DNA from: Armatimonadota bacterium
GTDB taxonomy: Bacteria; Armatimonadota; HRBIN16
Direction: 5' to 3'
Assembly: GCA_963677485.1 (NCBI GenBank)
Contig: OY781964.1
Span: 5,024,001-5,088,000, forward strand
Length of the DNA stretch: 64,000 nucleotides
Position numbers and translations under genes: made by a program. This document shows positions 35,182 to 45,092 of this stretch, one piece after another (position 1 is the stretch's first letter; each line of letters starts with the position of its first letter). Below the pieces are notes generated by a model. The model had not been told where the DNA came from. It was given only the letters and a program-made list of their open reading frames with translations, and made no database searches.

Positions 35182-37992
35182 TTATGAATACGGCGGTACC
35201 ATCAGCTTGATATAAAGCTGCGTAGAGTCATTATCCATCGATCCGATGGAATCCAAAACAAAATCCACTGCCGATCCGACCCTAATTGCACTCAGCTCAC
35301 AGAGCAACGGATGCGGCTTGTCGTCCTTCGCTTCCAACTCCCATTTGCGAATGCCATCAACGAAGACCGATAACCGCACACCATCACCCAGCCCGTTGTT
35401 CTGCACGGTCCCCTCAACGCGCAGTCTACCCGAGACGGTGCTGACCCATCGCTTGACGGCAGCCTGTTTGTCAGAGGGGTGCACGCTCATAATCGCAGCA
35501 TGGGGATATGGGCTCTCCACACCAGCCACCCACCGACCCGGCTCATACCGACGCATAACCGTAAAGGAATCAGTCCGGTAACGGCCACTTCGGACCTCGC
35601 GGTTTCCGAGCATGCCATACCACCAGCCATTGAGTCCTTGTATGCCATCATGGCTCCACCCGGTGACGAAATCCGCCACACAGTCCCACTGATGCTTCCC
35701 GTCCACGACCACACCGCTTGCCAACGGGCCTGTCTTCACCATAGCACCGGCCTTGTGATCGGGATCATACACCAGGTTGCCTTCTATCCGTGCGTTCTTT
35801 ACGACACCAAGAAAAATCGAGGCATCCGGCAGATCACCGCAGGTCGTGGCAAACGCACTGCCAAACCCCTTCCAGTCAGCCGCATGAAACGGCCGGTCGA
35901 TGATGTTATCCTTGACGATCAGCCCATCCATATTGGTGATGTAGATCGGCACACCTCCGGGGGTTTCGATGTAGTTGCCTTTGAACAGCATGTTGCGTAT
36001 GGGTGTAGAGCGCCGCAGGTAGTTCCCTCCACTTGGCACCATCACGGACATGACGGCACCTTGCAGATAGGCATCGCTGGCAGCGGCTCCGGTAGAGCAC
36101 CCCAACATGCGGTTGTTAATGAACCTGTTGTCGTTCGCAAACTGGCCTTCCGTCATCGGCCCCCAGGTTTCATAGTGAATCTCCAGACCGTGCATCACAT
36201 TCTGAAAAGTGTTGTATTCGACCAGGCCACCAGAGGCACCATTCAGCAAGAACGGCCTGTTGAAGCAGTCATGGAACCAGCAGTTGCGCACCACGAAGCC
36301 CTCGCAGTTCAAGCTGTGGGTGTCGATCAGTGTGCCCACGGGCAGATCGAGGTCGCGGTCCATTGTCACCTCCCAGACCTCGCTGCTGTGGGCGTGTTCC
36401 ATGCGTTTAAGTTCACTCAGCACCTGCTCGCTCTGCACGCTATCTGTCACACGCCGTGTCCGAATGACAGTAGCCGCGCCGAGGTGTTCTACGCTGCGCC
36501 AGTCCCAGAAGTCCATCTTCTTTTTAGTCTTGAATGGGCCATAGGACGCCGCAAAGTAATACTGGTGGGCTGATACCCGCTGAGCGACGATACCGAAGAA
36601 GCCGTGCAGGTTGATGTGGTCATCTGCCAGGTGAGCGACTTCACAGCGGTCGATGGTCGGCCCCTTCTCGGTTGCGGTCATATGAAACCCATCGGCGCCA
36701 AAAGCATGAAGCCGGTTGGTACCGGGGCGTCGGACGCCGTGCAAACGCCGGTACACATTGCCCCCGGCACCCCCACCCTCCATGGCCATCATGCCGCCGC
36801 TGGCATAGATATTGCAGTCTTCATAGACGATGCTTTCGCATTCAATAGTGCGTAATGCGGCTCCGGTGCGGATGGGAGCCGCCAGGTAGTCGCCTACGGA
36901 AACCCCAGGTGCCGGTGTCTCAAACTCAATTCGATTATTATGGCCAATGCGATGCCAGCTCTTGCCCAACAGATAGTTGTTGATGAAGCTGCCGTCTTGA
37001 TGGAAAAAGAGGATGACCCTCTGCCCATTATCTTCAGGTATCCCATCAGCATTACGCGGTTCATGCCCTGGCATGATCTCAGCTGTGACGCGTTCATTTG
37101 GTGCATCAATATGAAGAACGCGTGCTTGGAAAAATGGCAGCGGATCGAAGTCGATGGTCAAGCCACGGAAGGTGAGGTTTTGGCATTTGCGCACCAGTAA
37201 CCCCCAGATCAGTGGAGGTTCCATCCAAAAGGTGGCGCCTGATGCCTCAATCTGCAGATCATGCACGCCTTCAATGATTGGGCAATCGGGGTCCCATCCC
37301 GCTCGATAGCGATAATCGCCAGCAGGTATGTGGAAAGTTTTGATCTTTTGGTCAGAGGCGCGCTTGATCTGCAGCAGAAGTTCTTTGCCAGCTTCACGCT
37401 GCGTTTGCTTCTGCGAATCCGTAAACTGAGGGCCGATCGGTAAGTCGGGACGCCAGGCCGTGCAGGTTTCGGACACTATCTGCAGTTTCCAATCGACTTT
37501 CACGACCGCTTCTTTCGATTCGGACACCGCCACCAGATCAATATCAGCCAATTTCGGTAGATCCACCAGCAGCACATCATAAGCATGTGGGATATAGTCA
37601 TCTTCGGCAAGCGTCCGGCTCCACGCCAGCTGCCCATCACGATAGATGCGGAAACTCACCGCACCCCGAGTGCTTACCGCTTTTGCGAGCCAGCCGACAA
37701 GCCGCACACTGCCAACCCGATCGGCTGTCCATCTGCGCACCGCAGCCAAGCAACCACCGTCTTTCCAGATCGCAGTCTGGCTATCACGTCCCAGTTGGAG
37801 CTGCCGGTATTTCGGCGTCATCCATACATCGGCACGACGGTTCTCAAATGGAGTAAATGGCTCCATCCGCCCATCGTCAGTAATATGCGCCACCCCATAA
37901 TGCCAACCCCGATGGGACTGAACGGCACTGAAGTCAAGCGTCGAATCAGCAATGGCGTCATCAAATCCAACGACACGGTCTCGAAATCGCAT
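35182..37992 (-). CDS. Right-handed beta-helix protein, GH110-like, flanked by duplicated beta-sandwich modules
   Basis: GLTIDFDPLPFFQARV, ADGFH, ADDHINLHG motifs; similar N- and C-terminal modules. Confidence 0.7.
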   Translation of the reverse strand: MRFRDRVVGFDDAIADSTLDFSAVQSHRGWHYGVAHITDDGRMEPFTPFENRRADVWMTPKYRQLQLGRDSQTAIWKDGGCLAAVRRWTADRVGSVRLVGWLAKAVSTRGAVSFRIYRDGQLAWSRTLAEDDYIPHAYDVLLVDLPKLADIDLVAVSESKEAVVKVDWKLQIVSETCTAWRPDLPIGPQFTDSQKQTQREAGKELLLQIKRASDQKIKTFHIPAGDYRYRAGWDPDCPIIEGVHDLQIEASGATFWMEPPLIWGLLVRKCQNLTFRGLTIDFDPLPFFQARVLHIDAPNERVTAEIMPGHEPRNADGIPEDNGQRVILFFHQDGSFINNYLLGKSWHRIGHNNRIEFETPAPGVSVGDYLAAPIRTGAALRTIECESIVYEDCNIYASGGMMAMEGGGAGGNVYRRLHGVRRPGTNRLHAFGADGFHMTATEKGPTIDRCEVAHLADDHINLHGFFGIVAQRVSAHQYYFAASYGPFKTKKKMDFWDWRSVEHLGAATVIRTRRVTDSVQSEQVLSELKRMEHAHSSEVWEVTMDRDLDLPVGTLIDTHSLNCEGFVVRNCWFHDCFNRPFLLNGASGGLVEYNTFQNVMHGLEIHYETWGPMTEGQFANDNRFINNRMLGCSTGAAASDAYLQGAVMSVMVPSGGNYLRRSTPIRNMLFKGNYIETPGGVPIYITNMDGLIVKDNIIDRPFHAADWKGFGSAFATTCGDLPDASIFLGVVKNARIEGNLVYDPDHKAGAMVKTGPLASGVVVDGKHQWDCVADFVTGWSHDGIQGLNGWWYGMLGNREVRSGRYRTDSFTVMRRYEPGRWVAGVESPYPHAAIMSVHPSDKQAAVKRWVSTVSGRLRVEGTVQNNGLGDGVRLSVFVDGIRKWELEAKDDKPHPLLCELSAIRVGSAVDFVLDSIGSMDNDSTQLYIKLMVPPYS

Positions 37993-38043
37993 TTATGTCA
38001 CGCTCGCATTAATTCAAGTTCCAAATCGACTCTATAACACAAA

Positions 38044-38067
38044 AGGGCCTCGATTTCTCGAGGCCCT
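38044..38067 (-). terminator. Intrinsic terminator of pfp
   Basis: AGGGCCTCGA/TCGAGGCCCT hairpin followed by a T-run on the minus strand. Confidence 0.8.
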
Positions 38068-38086
38068 ACGGTAACGGCACCAGTGA

Positions 38087-39745
38087 CTACCCGCGCTCAA
38101 GCTGCAGGGTGATCGGGGTGACATCGCACACTTCAGACGGCCCAAAGTACTGGATGGGACCGGGATACACATAGTCATCCTCAACGGCCCACTTTTCGCG
38201 GTTCTGGGCATACATCTTAAATGGCTTGCCATCAAGCTCCACGAGTGCTTTCTTGATGACCGGAACATCCTTGCCCAGTCGGCGTTCGATGTTTAACATA
38301 GAGGTCACAGGGGTTGCCATAGCCACCCACTCAGATGCTGGCTGGTTCAGGTTCTTCACGCTGACCGTGTAGCCTGTGAATCCAGCGCGAACCACCTGCG
38401 CAGCGGTATAACCAAGGCTGTAGCAGTAGTCTGCGTCGAAGTTACTGGGAGCAGCGCATCGGCCTTCGTATCCCACGAAATGGCTCAATGCGGTGAACTT
38501 CGCAGCCGTTTTGCCCTGCTTCTTGGCGGAGGCGATCCGCTGTTTGACCAAGTCAATCAACAACTTTTCTGTCTCCACCTGGCTCAGCGGTGGGTTACCG
38601 TGGCTGTCGATGTTCAGAAGAACCGCTTGTGTGTCTTCTGGCAGCGATGCGTAGGCTTTAGCACTCAGAGCACTGAACATGCTGCTTAGATATTGGGTGC
38701 GCTCTTCGTGAGTATCAAAGCTGCGCACGGTCTCCAGGGTGTCTTTGTCACCCAGCATCGTCGCGAGTTCGTCAATCATGCTCTTCAGTTCAGGGATGAA
38801 CTCCAGCAGCCCTTCAGGGATCAACACGATACCGTAGTTGCGTCCTTTGGCGGCACGAGCTATCACGGTATCCACGATACCATCAGCAACTTCAGCCAGT
38901 GTCATGCCTTTTGACCTGATCTCTTCAGAGATCAAGGTGATGTTGGCATGGGTGGATAGACCGCACTCCAGCGTGACATGGCTGGCTGCCCGGCCCATCA
39001 AACGCACAAAGTGCCAGTATTTGATAGCCGATGTGGCGTCTCGACAAATGTTGCCAATCACTTCAGAATAGGTCTTGCATGCGGTGTCGAAGCCAAAGCT
39101 CATTTCGATCTGCTCGTTGCGCATGTCGCCATCGATGGTCTTGGGCACGCCCACCACACAGCATTTGCTGTCGTTGGATTTGAGGTATTCGGCCAACATG
39201 GCAGCGTTGGTATTGCTGTCATCACCGCCCACCACGACTAGTCCGTTCAGGTCCATAGTGGCCGTATTATCGAGGCATGACTTCAGGTCCTCGGCGCTCT
39301 CGATCTTATCGCGGCCGCTCATGATCATATCGAAGCCGCCCGTGTTGCGGTAGGCATCAATTATTTCTGAGGTGATTTCGACGAAATTACCCTTTACGAT
39401 CCCAATCGGCCCCTTCAGGAAGCCGAACAGCTTGTTGTCGCTGTTAGCGGTTCGCAACGCGTCAAACAGTCCAGCGATCACGTTATGTCCGCCCGGAGCC
39501 TGCCCACCACTCAACACGACGCCCACGCGGATGGCATGGTTTGACAGGTTCGTCTCTCCAGCTTCAAAGGTCAGTATCGGCTGGCCAAAGGTGTTTGGGA
39601 AGAGAGTCTTGATCCTGTCTCGGTCTACGGGGGGTAAGATCACCTCACCCTTCTTGACCAAAAATGATCCATTTTTTAACGACAAAGGCAGCTTGGGCTG
39701 ATAAGCACTTCGCGCCTTCTGTAGCGGAGATATCGCACCAGACAT
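38087..39745 (-). CDS. pfp: Pyrophosphate-dependent phosphofructokinase (long clade)
   Basis: SGGQAPGGHNV, GGDDSNTN, PKTIDGD, RLMGRAASH, GYEGR, YPGPIQY. Confidence 0.95.
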   Translation of the reverse strand: MSGAISPLQKARSAYQPKLPLSLKNGSFLVKKGEVILPPVDRDRIKTLFPNTFGQPILTFEAGETNLSNHAIRVGVVLSGGQAPGGHNVIAGLFDALRTANSDNKLFGFLKGPIGIVKGNFVEITSEIIDAYRNTGGFDMIMSGRDKIESAEDLKSCLDNTATMDLNGLVVVGGDDSNTNAAMLAEYLKSNDSKCCVVGVPKTIDGDMRNEQIEMSFGFDTACKTYSEVIGNICRDATSAIKYWHFVRLMGRAASHVTLECGLSTHANITLISEEIRSKGMTLAEVADGIVDTVIARAAKGRNYGIVLIPEGLLEFIPELKSMIDELATMLGDKDTLETVRSFDTHEERTQYLSSMFSALSAKAYASLPEDTQAVLLNIDSHGNPPLSQVETEKLLIDLVKQRIASAKKQGKTAAKFTALSHFVGYEGRCAAPSNFDADYCYSLGYTAAQVVRAGFTGYTVSVKNLNQPASEWVAMATPVTSMLNIERRLGKDVPVIKKALVELDGKPFKMYAQNREKWAVEDDYVYPGPIQYFGPSEVCDVTPITLQLERG

Positions 39746-39862
39746 ATTTGGGTAACTCCTGAGTATTCTCTATGTATATGAGCAGCGCCAAGCCATCAAT
39801 ATGTGACAGGCTCGGTACTGATCTATGTTATTTTACTAAAATCCGGTCATAGACCGCTGAAC

Positions 39863-40435
39863 CTATTCGTCATCGGTAAACTTGACGGCCTCAAGTGCGC
39901 GCTTGAACTCGACGACACACTGAGAACCCATTGCCACAAGCCTGATATCCGTCAAGCAAGTCTCGGGATACCAAAAAAGATGATCGGATATGGCATCTAC
40001 GATGACGGATGTGCATCTTGCGACAGGAAATCCAAACAAGCCAGCACTAACCGCAGGAATGGACAGACTCGTATACTCCGCCTCTTCAGCCAGCTTCAAA
40101 GCGGCTTGGATTGCACTGCATAGCAGGTCGTCTGCATCTTCAGGGTCGTAGTGACCAAATATTGGGCCGACGGCGTGTATAACGGCTTTGAATTTTAAGT
40201 CGCCAGCCGCTGTCATTACAGCGGACCCGGTGGCGACTCTCTTAATCTTCTTGCATTCTTCGTACATAGAAGGGCCAGCGGCATCAGCGATCTGTTTGGC
40301 GACGCCTCCGCCGTGGGTCAAGTTTTCATTCGCCGCGTTGATAATGGCTTCGGTCTGCTCATCGAGAATGTTGCCTTCAACAACCGAAACCACATGGGTT
40401 TCGTCAAACTGCTTCTGGGTGATCAGCTTGTTCAT
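39863..40435 (-). CDS. Macro domain protein (YmdB-like)
   Basis: INAANENLTHGGGVA, VIHAVGP, PAVSAGLFGFP. Confidence 0.92.
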   Translation of the reverse strand: MNKLITQKQFDETHVVSVVEGNILDEQTEAIINAANENLTHGGGVAKQIADAAGPSMYEECKKIKRVATGSAVMTAAGDLKFKAVIHAVGPIFGHYDPEDADDLLCSAIQAALKLAEEAEYTSLSIPAVSAGLFGFPVARCTSVIVDAISDHLFWYPETCLTDIRLVAMGSQCVVEFKRALEAVKFTDDE

Positions 40436-40474
40436 CAGGAATCCTGGGTTACCTCACTAATAGATTGAACTGAA

Positions 40475-42001
40475 CTACGAGATTTTAGATACTGAGGCAA
40501 AATCTGCCTTAAGGCTATGATACAACTTCTTGTATATTTCGTAAGTGTTGTCATAGATCGCTCGGTTATCATTCCGACTGGGTGTTGTCGATTCAACAGC
40601 AATAGTCGCCCTGCAGGCCTGTTCTACGCTATCCCAGACTCCTGTCCCTACTCCGGCCATTAGGGCCACCCCAAGTGCCGGACCTTCATCGATATTGATT
40701 ACCGACTGCCCTATTCCGGTGATGTCCGCCAGAATCTGCCGCCATACGGTGCTGCGGGCTCCACCGCCGGATACGCGGCACTGGTTCATGGGTATTCCCA
40801 TCTCCTTCATAATTTCGAAGGAATCGCGTAATCCGTAGCACACGCCTTCCAGCACACTGCGTGCCATCTGTGGTTTGTTGCTGCGCAAGGTGAGCCCAAA
40901 GAAGACACCACGCGCATTCGCATCTTTGTGTGGAGTGCGTTCACCGGACAGATACGGCAGGAAGATCGTGCCTTCGCAGCCTGCAGGTGCCCGATCGGCT
41001 TCGGCTGTGATCAGCTCATACGGATCCTTCCCGAGCAGCTTTGCCGTCGCTACTTCCTGCTGGCAGATTTCATCGCGATACCATCGCAGGCTGCCGCCAG
41101 CGGAGAGCATCACCCCCATCGTGTGCCATTTGCCGGGCACCGCATGGCAGAATGTGTGCGTGCGCATGCCGGGATCAAGTACCGGCTCGTCTGAAAAGGC
41201 AAACACCACGCCAGAGGTGCCCATCGACACCGACACCACACCGGTCTCCACAATGCCATTTCCGACGGCTCCCGCAGCCTGATCACCGCCACCTCCCACT
41301 ACAGGAGTGCCAACCATCAACCCGGTTTCAGCAGAACCAGCCTCACTGACCTTCGTGGTCGCCTCAACCGATTCATACACGGGCACCATCCACTCTTTAG
41401 GAATTCCTGTGCCCTCCAGCATCTCCTGGCTCCAGCGGCGTTTGCGGACATCAAACAACGAGGTTCCGGAGGCATCGCTCACTTCACCGGCAAACTGTCC
41501 GGTCAACCGATAGCGGATGAAGTCTTTGGGTAGAAGCACCTTGGCGATCTTGGCATAGTTCTGCGGTTCGTTGTTCCGCAGCCAGATGATTTTACCGGCG
41601 GTAAATCCAGTCAGCACCGGGTTCAGGGTATATTCCATCACCTTGCGGGCACCGATGGTGTCAGTGATCCAGTCGCACTCAGCTTGGGTTCGCTGGTCGC
41701 ACCACAACAGTGCCGGGCGTATCACCTGTCCATTGGAGTCCAGGAAGACTGAGCCATGCATTTGTCCCGATATGCCTATCCCGCGTATGTCTGAGGATTC
41801 GACACCAGCTTGGTTGAGCACTTGCTGTATGGTGCATACGGTCGCCTTCCACCAATCCTCAGGGTTTTGCTCCGCCCACAAAGGTTTCGGTGCGTATAGC
41901 GGGTATTCGGCAACGGCACTCGCTACGGCATGACCTTCAATATCAATCAACAGGGTTTTGACCCCGCTCGTGCCTACATCAATGCCTAAAAGATACTGCA
42001 T
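40475..42001 (-). CDS. xylB: Xylulokinase
   Basis: GIDVGTSGVK, SGQMHG, GGGDQAAGAVG, PYLSGERTPH, GGGARS. Confidence 0.93.
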   Translation of the reverse strand: MQYLLGIDVGTSGVKTLLIDIEGHAVASAVAEYPLYAPKPLWAEQNPEDWWKATVCTIQQVLNQAGVESSDIRGIGISGQMHGSVFLDSNGQVIRPALLWCDQRTQAECDWITDTIGARKVMEYTLNPVLTGFTAGKIIWLRNNEPQNYAKIAKVLLPKDFIRYRLTGQFAGEVSDASGTSLFDVRKRRWSQEMLEGTGIPKEWMVPVYESVEATTKVSEAGSAETGLMVGTPVVGGGGDQAAGAVGNGIVETGVVSVSMGTSGVVFAFSDEPVLDPGMRTHTFCHAVPGKWHTMGVMLSAGGSLRWYRDEICQQEVATAKLLGKDPYELITAEADRAPAGCEGTIFLPYLSGERTPHKDANARGVFFGLTLRSNKPQMARSVLEGVCYGLRDSFEIMKEMGIPMNQCRVSGGGARSTVWRQILADITGIGQSVINIDEGPALGVALMAGVGTGVWDSVEQACRATIAVESTTPSRNDNRAIYDNTYEIYKKLYHSLKADFASVSKIS

Positions 42002-42136
42002 GAAGCAACCTCTCGGTAATAACTAGTCGTTGTGGTCTAATATATGGTATGACATTACCATCGGCTATTTCTGCAAATGCGTCGCGTATTCCTGCAACAG
42101 TGGCATTTTCTCTAAAAAGCGATAAGGAGCTAGTGG

Positions 42137-43168
42137 TTGCCAGAACGTAAATCACGACTGCATATCAACACTTGCCCCCGATGTGGTGCCATAGCCATAC
42201 CAGATCGCACTTCCTGTCATATGTGTTATGCGGTTCTGCTGCCATCGTCTGTCGAAACCCCAACGCTACCGGAAATGCAGCCTTATATACCTTCTGAGCC
42301 GGTTGCTGATCCAGTTGCCGAACCTGACACCAAGCTGTCCGATCTACCGGCTTTGGCCGTCATGCTTGAAAAACCAACAGACATTGGTGAACCTGCATTT
42401 GATAATTCAATAGATAAATCATCTGCCCAAGTCGCGGATATACTACCCACCTCACCGGTTGATATGGATCTACCCGATCCCTGCCAGCCAGACATCCCTC
42501 CAACCGATGTTGTGCAACCAATTCAGGAAGCATCAGTGCCTCTCTCGCTAAGGTTGCCACCAATTGAAGAGATTCTACCAGAGTTTTTGAAGTATAAGTC
42601 GGTCATGAAACATCGGCTGTACCGCAAAAAGTCACGAGCCAGATTGCGGGGCATTTTGCGCAGAATCACGTGCTGGCTTCTCGCGCTGTTTGTTGTAGTT
42701 CTGGCATATACAGCCTGGCTTCACAATCCTATGATCGCATCAGATCAACAGACCGCTACGAGTACCGCGGCGCGATTAGCACTGGCTATCAATGACCGCG
42801 ACTACGAGCTACTATATAACAGCACCATATGGACAGACCATTATAGGCAAGCATTCCACAGCAGTTCCGATATCGACAGATTTTGCCGAAATCAAAACAA
42901 GGCCCAATCGTTTAAGCTGCATCATCTGGCAGAATTGTGGCAAATGAAGCACACTGTTGTTGTTAGCGGAAAACTCATCGGACTAAACAGTATTGGCTAC
43001 ACATTTATTGACACATCCAGCAAACAGCAGAAATTTCAGTTCACATTGACCCGTACCCCTTCGAAACGCTGGATGTGGGACATCGCATATGACTACCGGC
43101 TTGCCCCGTCCGATATCCCGTTGTTAAACCACATCATGGTGCAAAGCAGGCTACAGGAAGCAAAATGA
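42137..43168 (+). CDS. Hypothetical protein: N-terminal zinc ribbon, Pro/Asp-rich linker, single TM
   Basis: TTG start after AAGGAG; CPRC...CHMC; 4-nt overlap with rodA. Confidence 0.6.
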   Translation: MPERKSRLHINTCPRCGAIAIPDRTSCHMCYAVLLPSSVETPTLPEMQPYIPSEPVADPVAEPDTKLSDLPALAVMLEKPTDIGEPAFDNSIDKSSAQVADILPTSPVDMDLPDPCQPDIPPTDVVQPIQEASVPLSLRLPPIEEILPEFLKYKSVMKHRLYRKKSRARLRGILRRITCWLLALFVVVLAYTAWLHNPMIASDQQTATSTAARLALAINDRDYELLYNSTIWTDHYRQAFHSSSDIDRFCRNQNKAQSFKLHHLAELWQMKHTVVVSGKLIGLNSIGYTFIDTSSKQQKFQFTLTRTPSKRWMWDIAYDYRLAPSDIPLLNHIMVQSRLQEAK

Positions 43169-44262
43169 TCAAACGACCACAGCACATTGACTGGGCTCTT
43201 CTGAGTCTCACACTGCTGCTTTGCATCATCGGTCTTGTCTGCATCTACAGTGCCGTTCATAGTGATGCTGGCTTAGGCATGGTTCGCAAACAGCTTCTTG
43301 CTATGGTGATCGGACTGATCGCTCTCACAATATTCAGCAACCTGCCTGTGCAGATATACCGAAACTGGCGTATAGCACTCTATTCAGTCAACATTATTTT
43401 GCTGCTTATCGTCGATGTCATGGGCCATTCAGCTAAAGGAGCCCAGCGTTGGATTCCGCTGGTTGGAGGTTTCAACCTTCAACCTAGCGAAGTGGCGAAG
43501 GTGCTGCTGGCAATCACGCTAGCCGACTTCGTGGCCAGATATGAAGACAACATGAGAAGTCCGGTGGTGTTTTTCCGATCGCTTCTTCACATCGGATTCC
43601 CGGCACTGCTGGTCTTTGCGCAGCCGGATCTGGGCACATCCATTGTCATCATGTCGATATGGGCTGGCATCATGCTGGTATCGAGAGCTCCGAAACGGCT
43701 GATGGTGCTTGTGGCACTCACAGGCTTATTGGGGTTTGGCACCATCTGGCAAACAGGGGTGTTGAAAGACTACCAAAAAAAGCGTATCACGGCGTTCATC
43801 AACCCCGCCAGCGATCCCAGAGCAGCTGGTTACCATGTCATACAGGCTCGCATCGCCGTGGGTAGTGGACAGATCACCGGTAAAGGGTTGTTCTCTGGCA
43901 CCCAAAACCGATTAGACTTCATTCCAGAGCAGCATACAGACTTCGTTTTCACCGTCATCGGTGAGGAGGTCGGATTTGCAGGCAGCATCGCTTTGTTGGT
44001 GATATATGCCCTCTTTTTGTGGCGGATTTTACTCATTGTGTATCAAGCCCACACAACATACTCCCGAGCACTCGCCGCCGGGATATTCACATTCTTCGCA
44101 TACCATATCATCATCAATATCGGAATGGTTATTGGTGTGTTCCCTGTCGTCGGGGTATGGCTGCCGTTTATCAGCTTTGGCGGAAGTGCGATAATATCGT
44201 GCCTCTCCGCGGTTGGACTGCTTCTAGCCATCAACCGCGCCGAATTCGCTTCACGTTTCTAG
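43165..44262 (+). CDS. rodA: Rod shape-determining SEDS protein RodA
   Basis: GAQRWI, QPSEVAK, QPDLGT, PEQHTDF, LPFISFGGS. Confidence 0.93.
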   Translation: MIKRPQHIDWALLSLTLLLCIIGLVCIYSAVHSDAGLGMVRKQLLAMVIGLIALTIFSNLPVQIYRNWRIALYSVNIILLLIVDVMGHSAKGAQRWIPLVGGFNLQPSEVAKVLLAITLADFVARYEDNMRSPVVFFRSLLHIGFPALLVFAQPDLGTSIVIMSIWAGIMLVSRAPKRLMVLVALTGLLGFGTIWQTGVLKDYQKKRITAFINPASDPRAAGYHVIQARIAVGSGQITGKGLFSGTQNRLDFIPEQHTDFVFTVIGEEVGFAGSIALLVIYALFLWRILLIVYQAHTTYSRALAAGIFTFFAYHIIINIGMVIGVFPVVGVWLPFISFGGSAIISCLSAVGLLLAINRAEFASRF

Positions 44263-44357
44263 GCAGAAATATGTCATCATAAACCTTGCGTGATACAATG
44301 ATAGTAAGCACAAACGCATCATCTACCACTCAATAAGGGGATACTTTACCTAATATC

Positions 44358-45083
44358 ATGCCTACTCTTCTGGCACGAATGAGAGAAGACATTCAAACTG
44401 TCTTCCGTAAAGACCCGGCTGCAAAAACCTTGTTAGAGGTGTTCACCTACCCCGGACTTCATGCGGTTTGGATGCACAGGTTTGCTCACTCCATTTACCG
44501 ATGTAAGCTATACACATTTGCCCGGATCATTTCTCAGGTGAACAGGTTATTCACTGGTGTGGAGATTCATCCCGCAGCCGTGATAGGACGACGTCTGTTT
44601 ATCGACCATGGCATGGGAGTGGTGATCGGCGAGACCGCTGAGATTGGTGACGATGTGTTGATGTACCACCAGGTGACACTGGGCGGAACCACACTGGAAA
44701 AGGGTAAGCGTCACCCCACAATTGGCAATAATGTGCTGATCGGAATGGGCGCCAAGATAGTGGGTGCCATTACGGTGGGCGACAACTGCCGAATCGGTGC
44801 AAACGCTGTGGTCAACAAAAATATCCCAGCAAACTGCACAGTGGTCGGTGTTCCTGGCCACATCGTCACCAGGGACGGCGTGAAAGTAGACGATTCCCCC
44901 AGGGTGATGGACAACATCGTAAACAGCATTGACCCTGAAGATGAAATTGTCCGCGACCTTCGCCAACAGATCGCCCAACTTGCTAAGCACTATGCCGCCA
45001 TGCTGCAGGTGCTCGAGAACCAACAAGATGTGATCGGTGACCTTAAGCAGCCTGACCAGCCAACAGCCAATAACGACCATTAG
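44358..45083 (+). CDS. cysE: Serine O-acetyltransferase
   Basis: DPAA, YPGLHA, EIHPAA, FIDHGMGVVIGET, KRHPT. Confidence 0.96.
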   Translation: MPTLLARMREDIQTVFRKDPAAKTLLEVFTYPGLHAVWMHRFAHSIYRCKLYTFARIISQVNRLFTGVEIHPAAVIGRRLFIDHGMGVVIGETAEIGDDVLMYHQVTLGGTTLEKGKRHPTIGNNVLIGMGAKIVGAITVGDNCRIGANAVVNKNIPANCTVVGVPGHIVTRDGVKVDDSPRVMDNIVNSIDPEDEIVRDLRQQIAQLAKHYAAMLQVLENQQDVIGDLKQPDQPTANNDH

Positions 45084-45092
45084 GAGATATCA

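Noticed and set aside
35479-36573. 364-aa antisense ORF, and similar shadow ORFs such as 2796..3419 and 4899..5594
   Set aside because: Each lies entirely opposite a long coding gene, has no recognisable motifs, and is typical of GC-rich codon bias.
44263-44357. T-box leader before cysE-cysS
   Set aside because: The region is under 100 nt and lacks the T-box consensus and a terminator.
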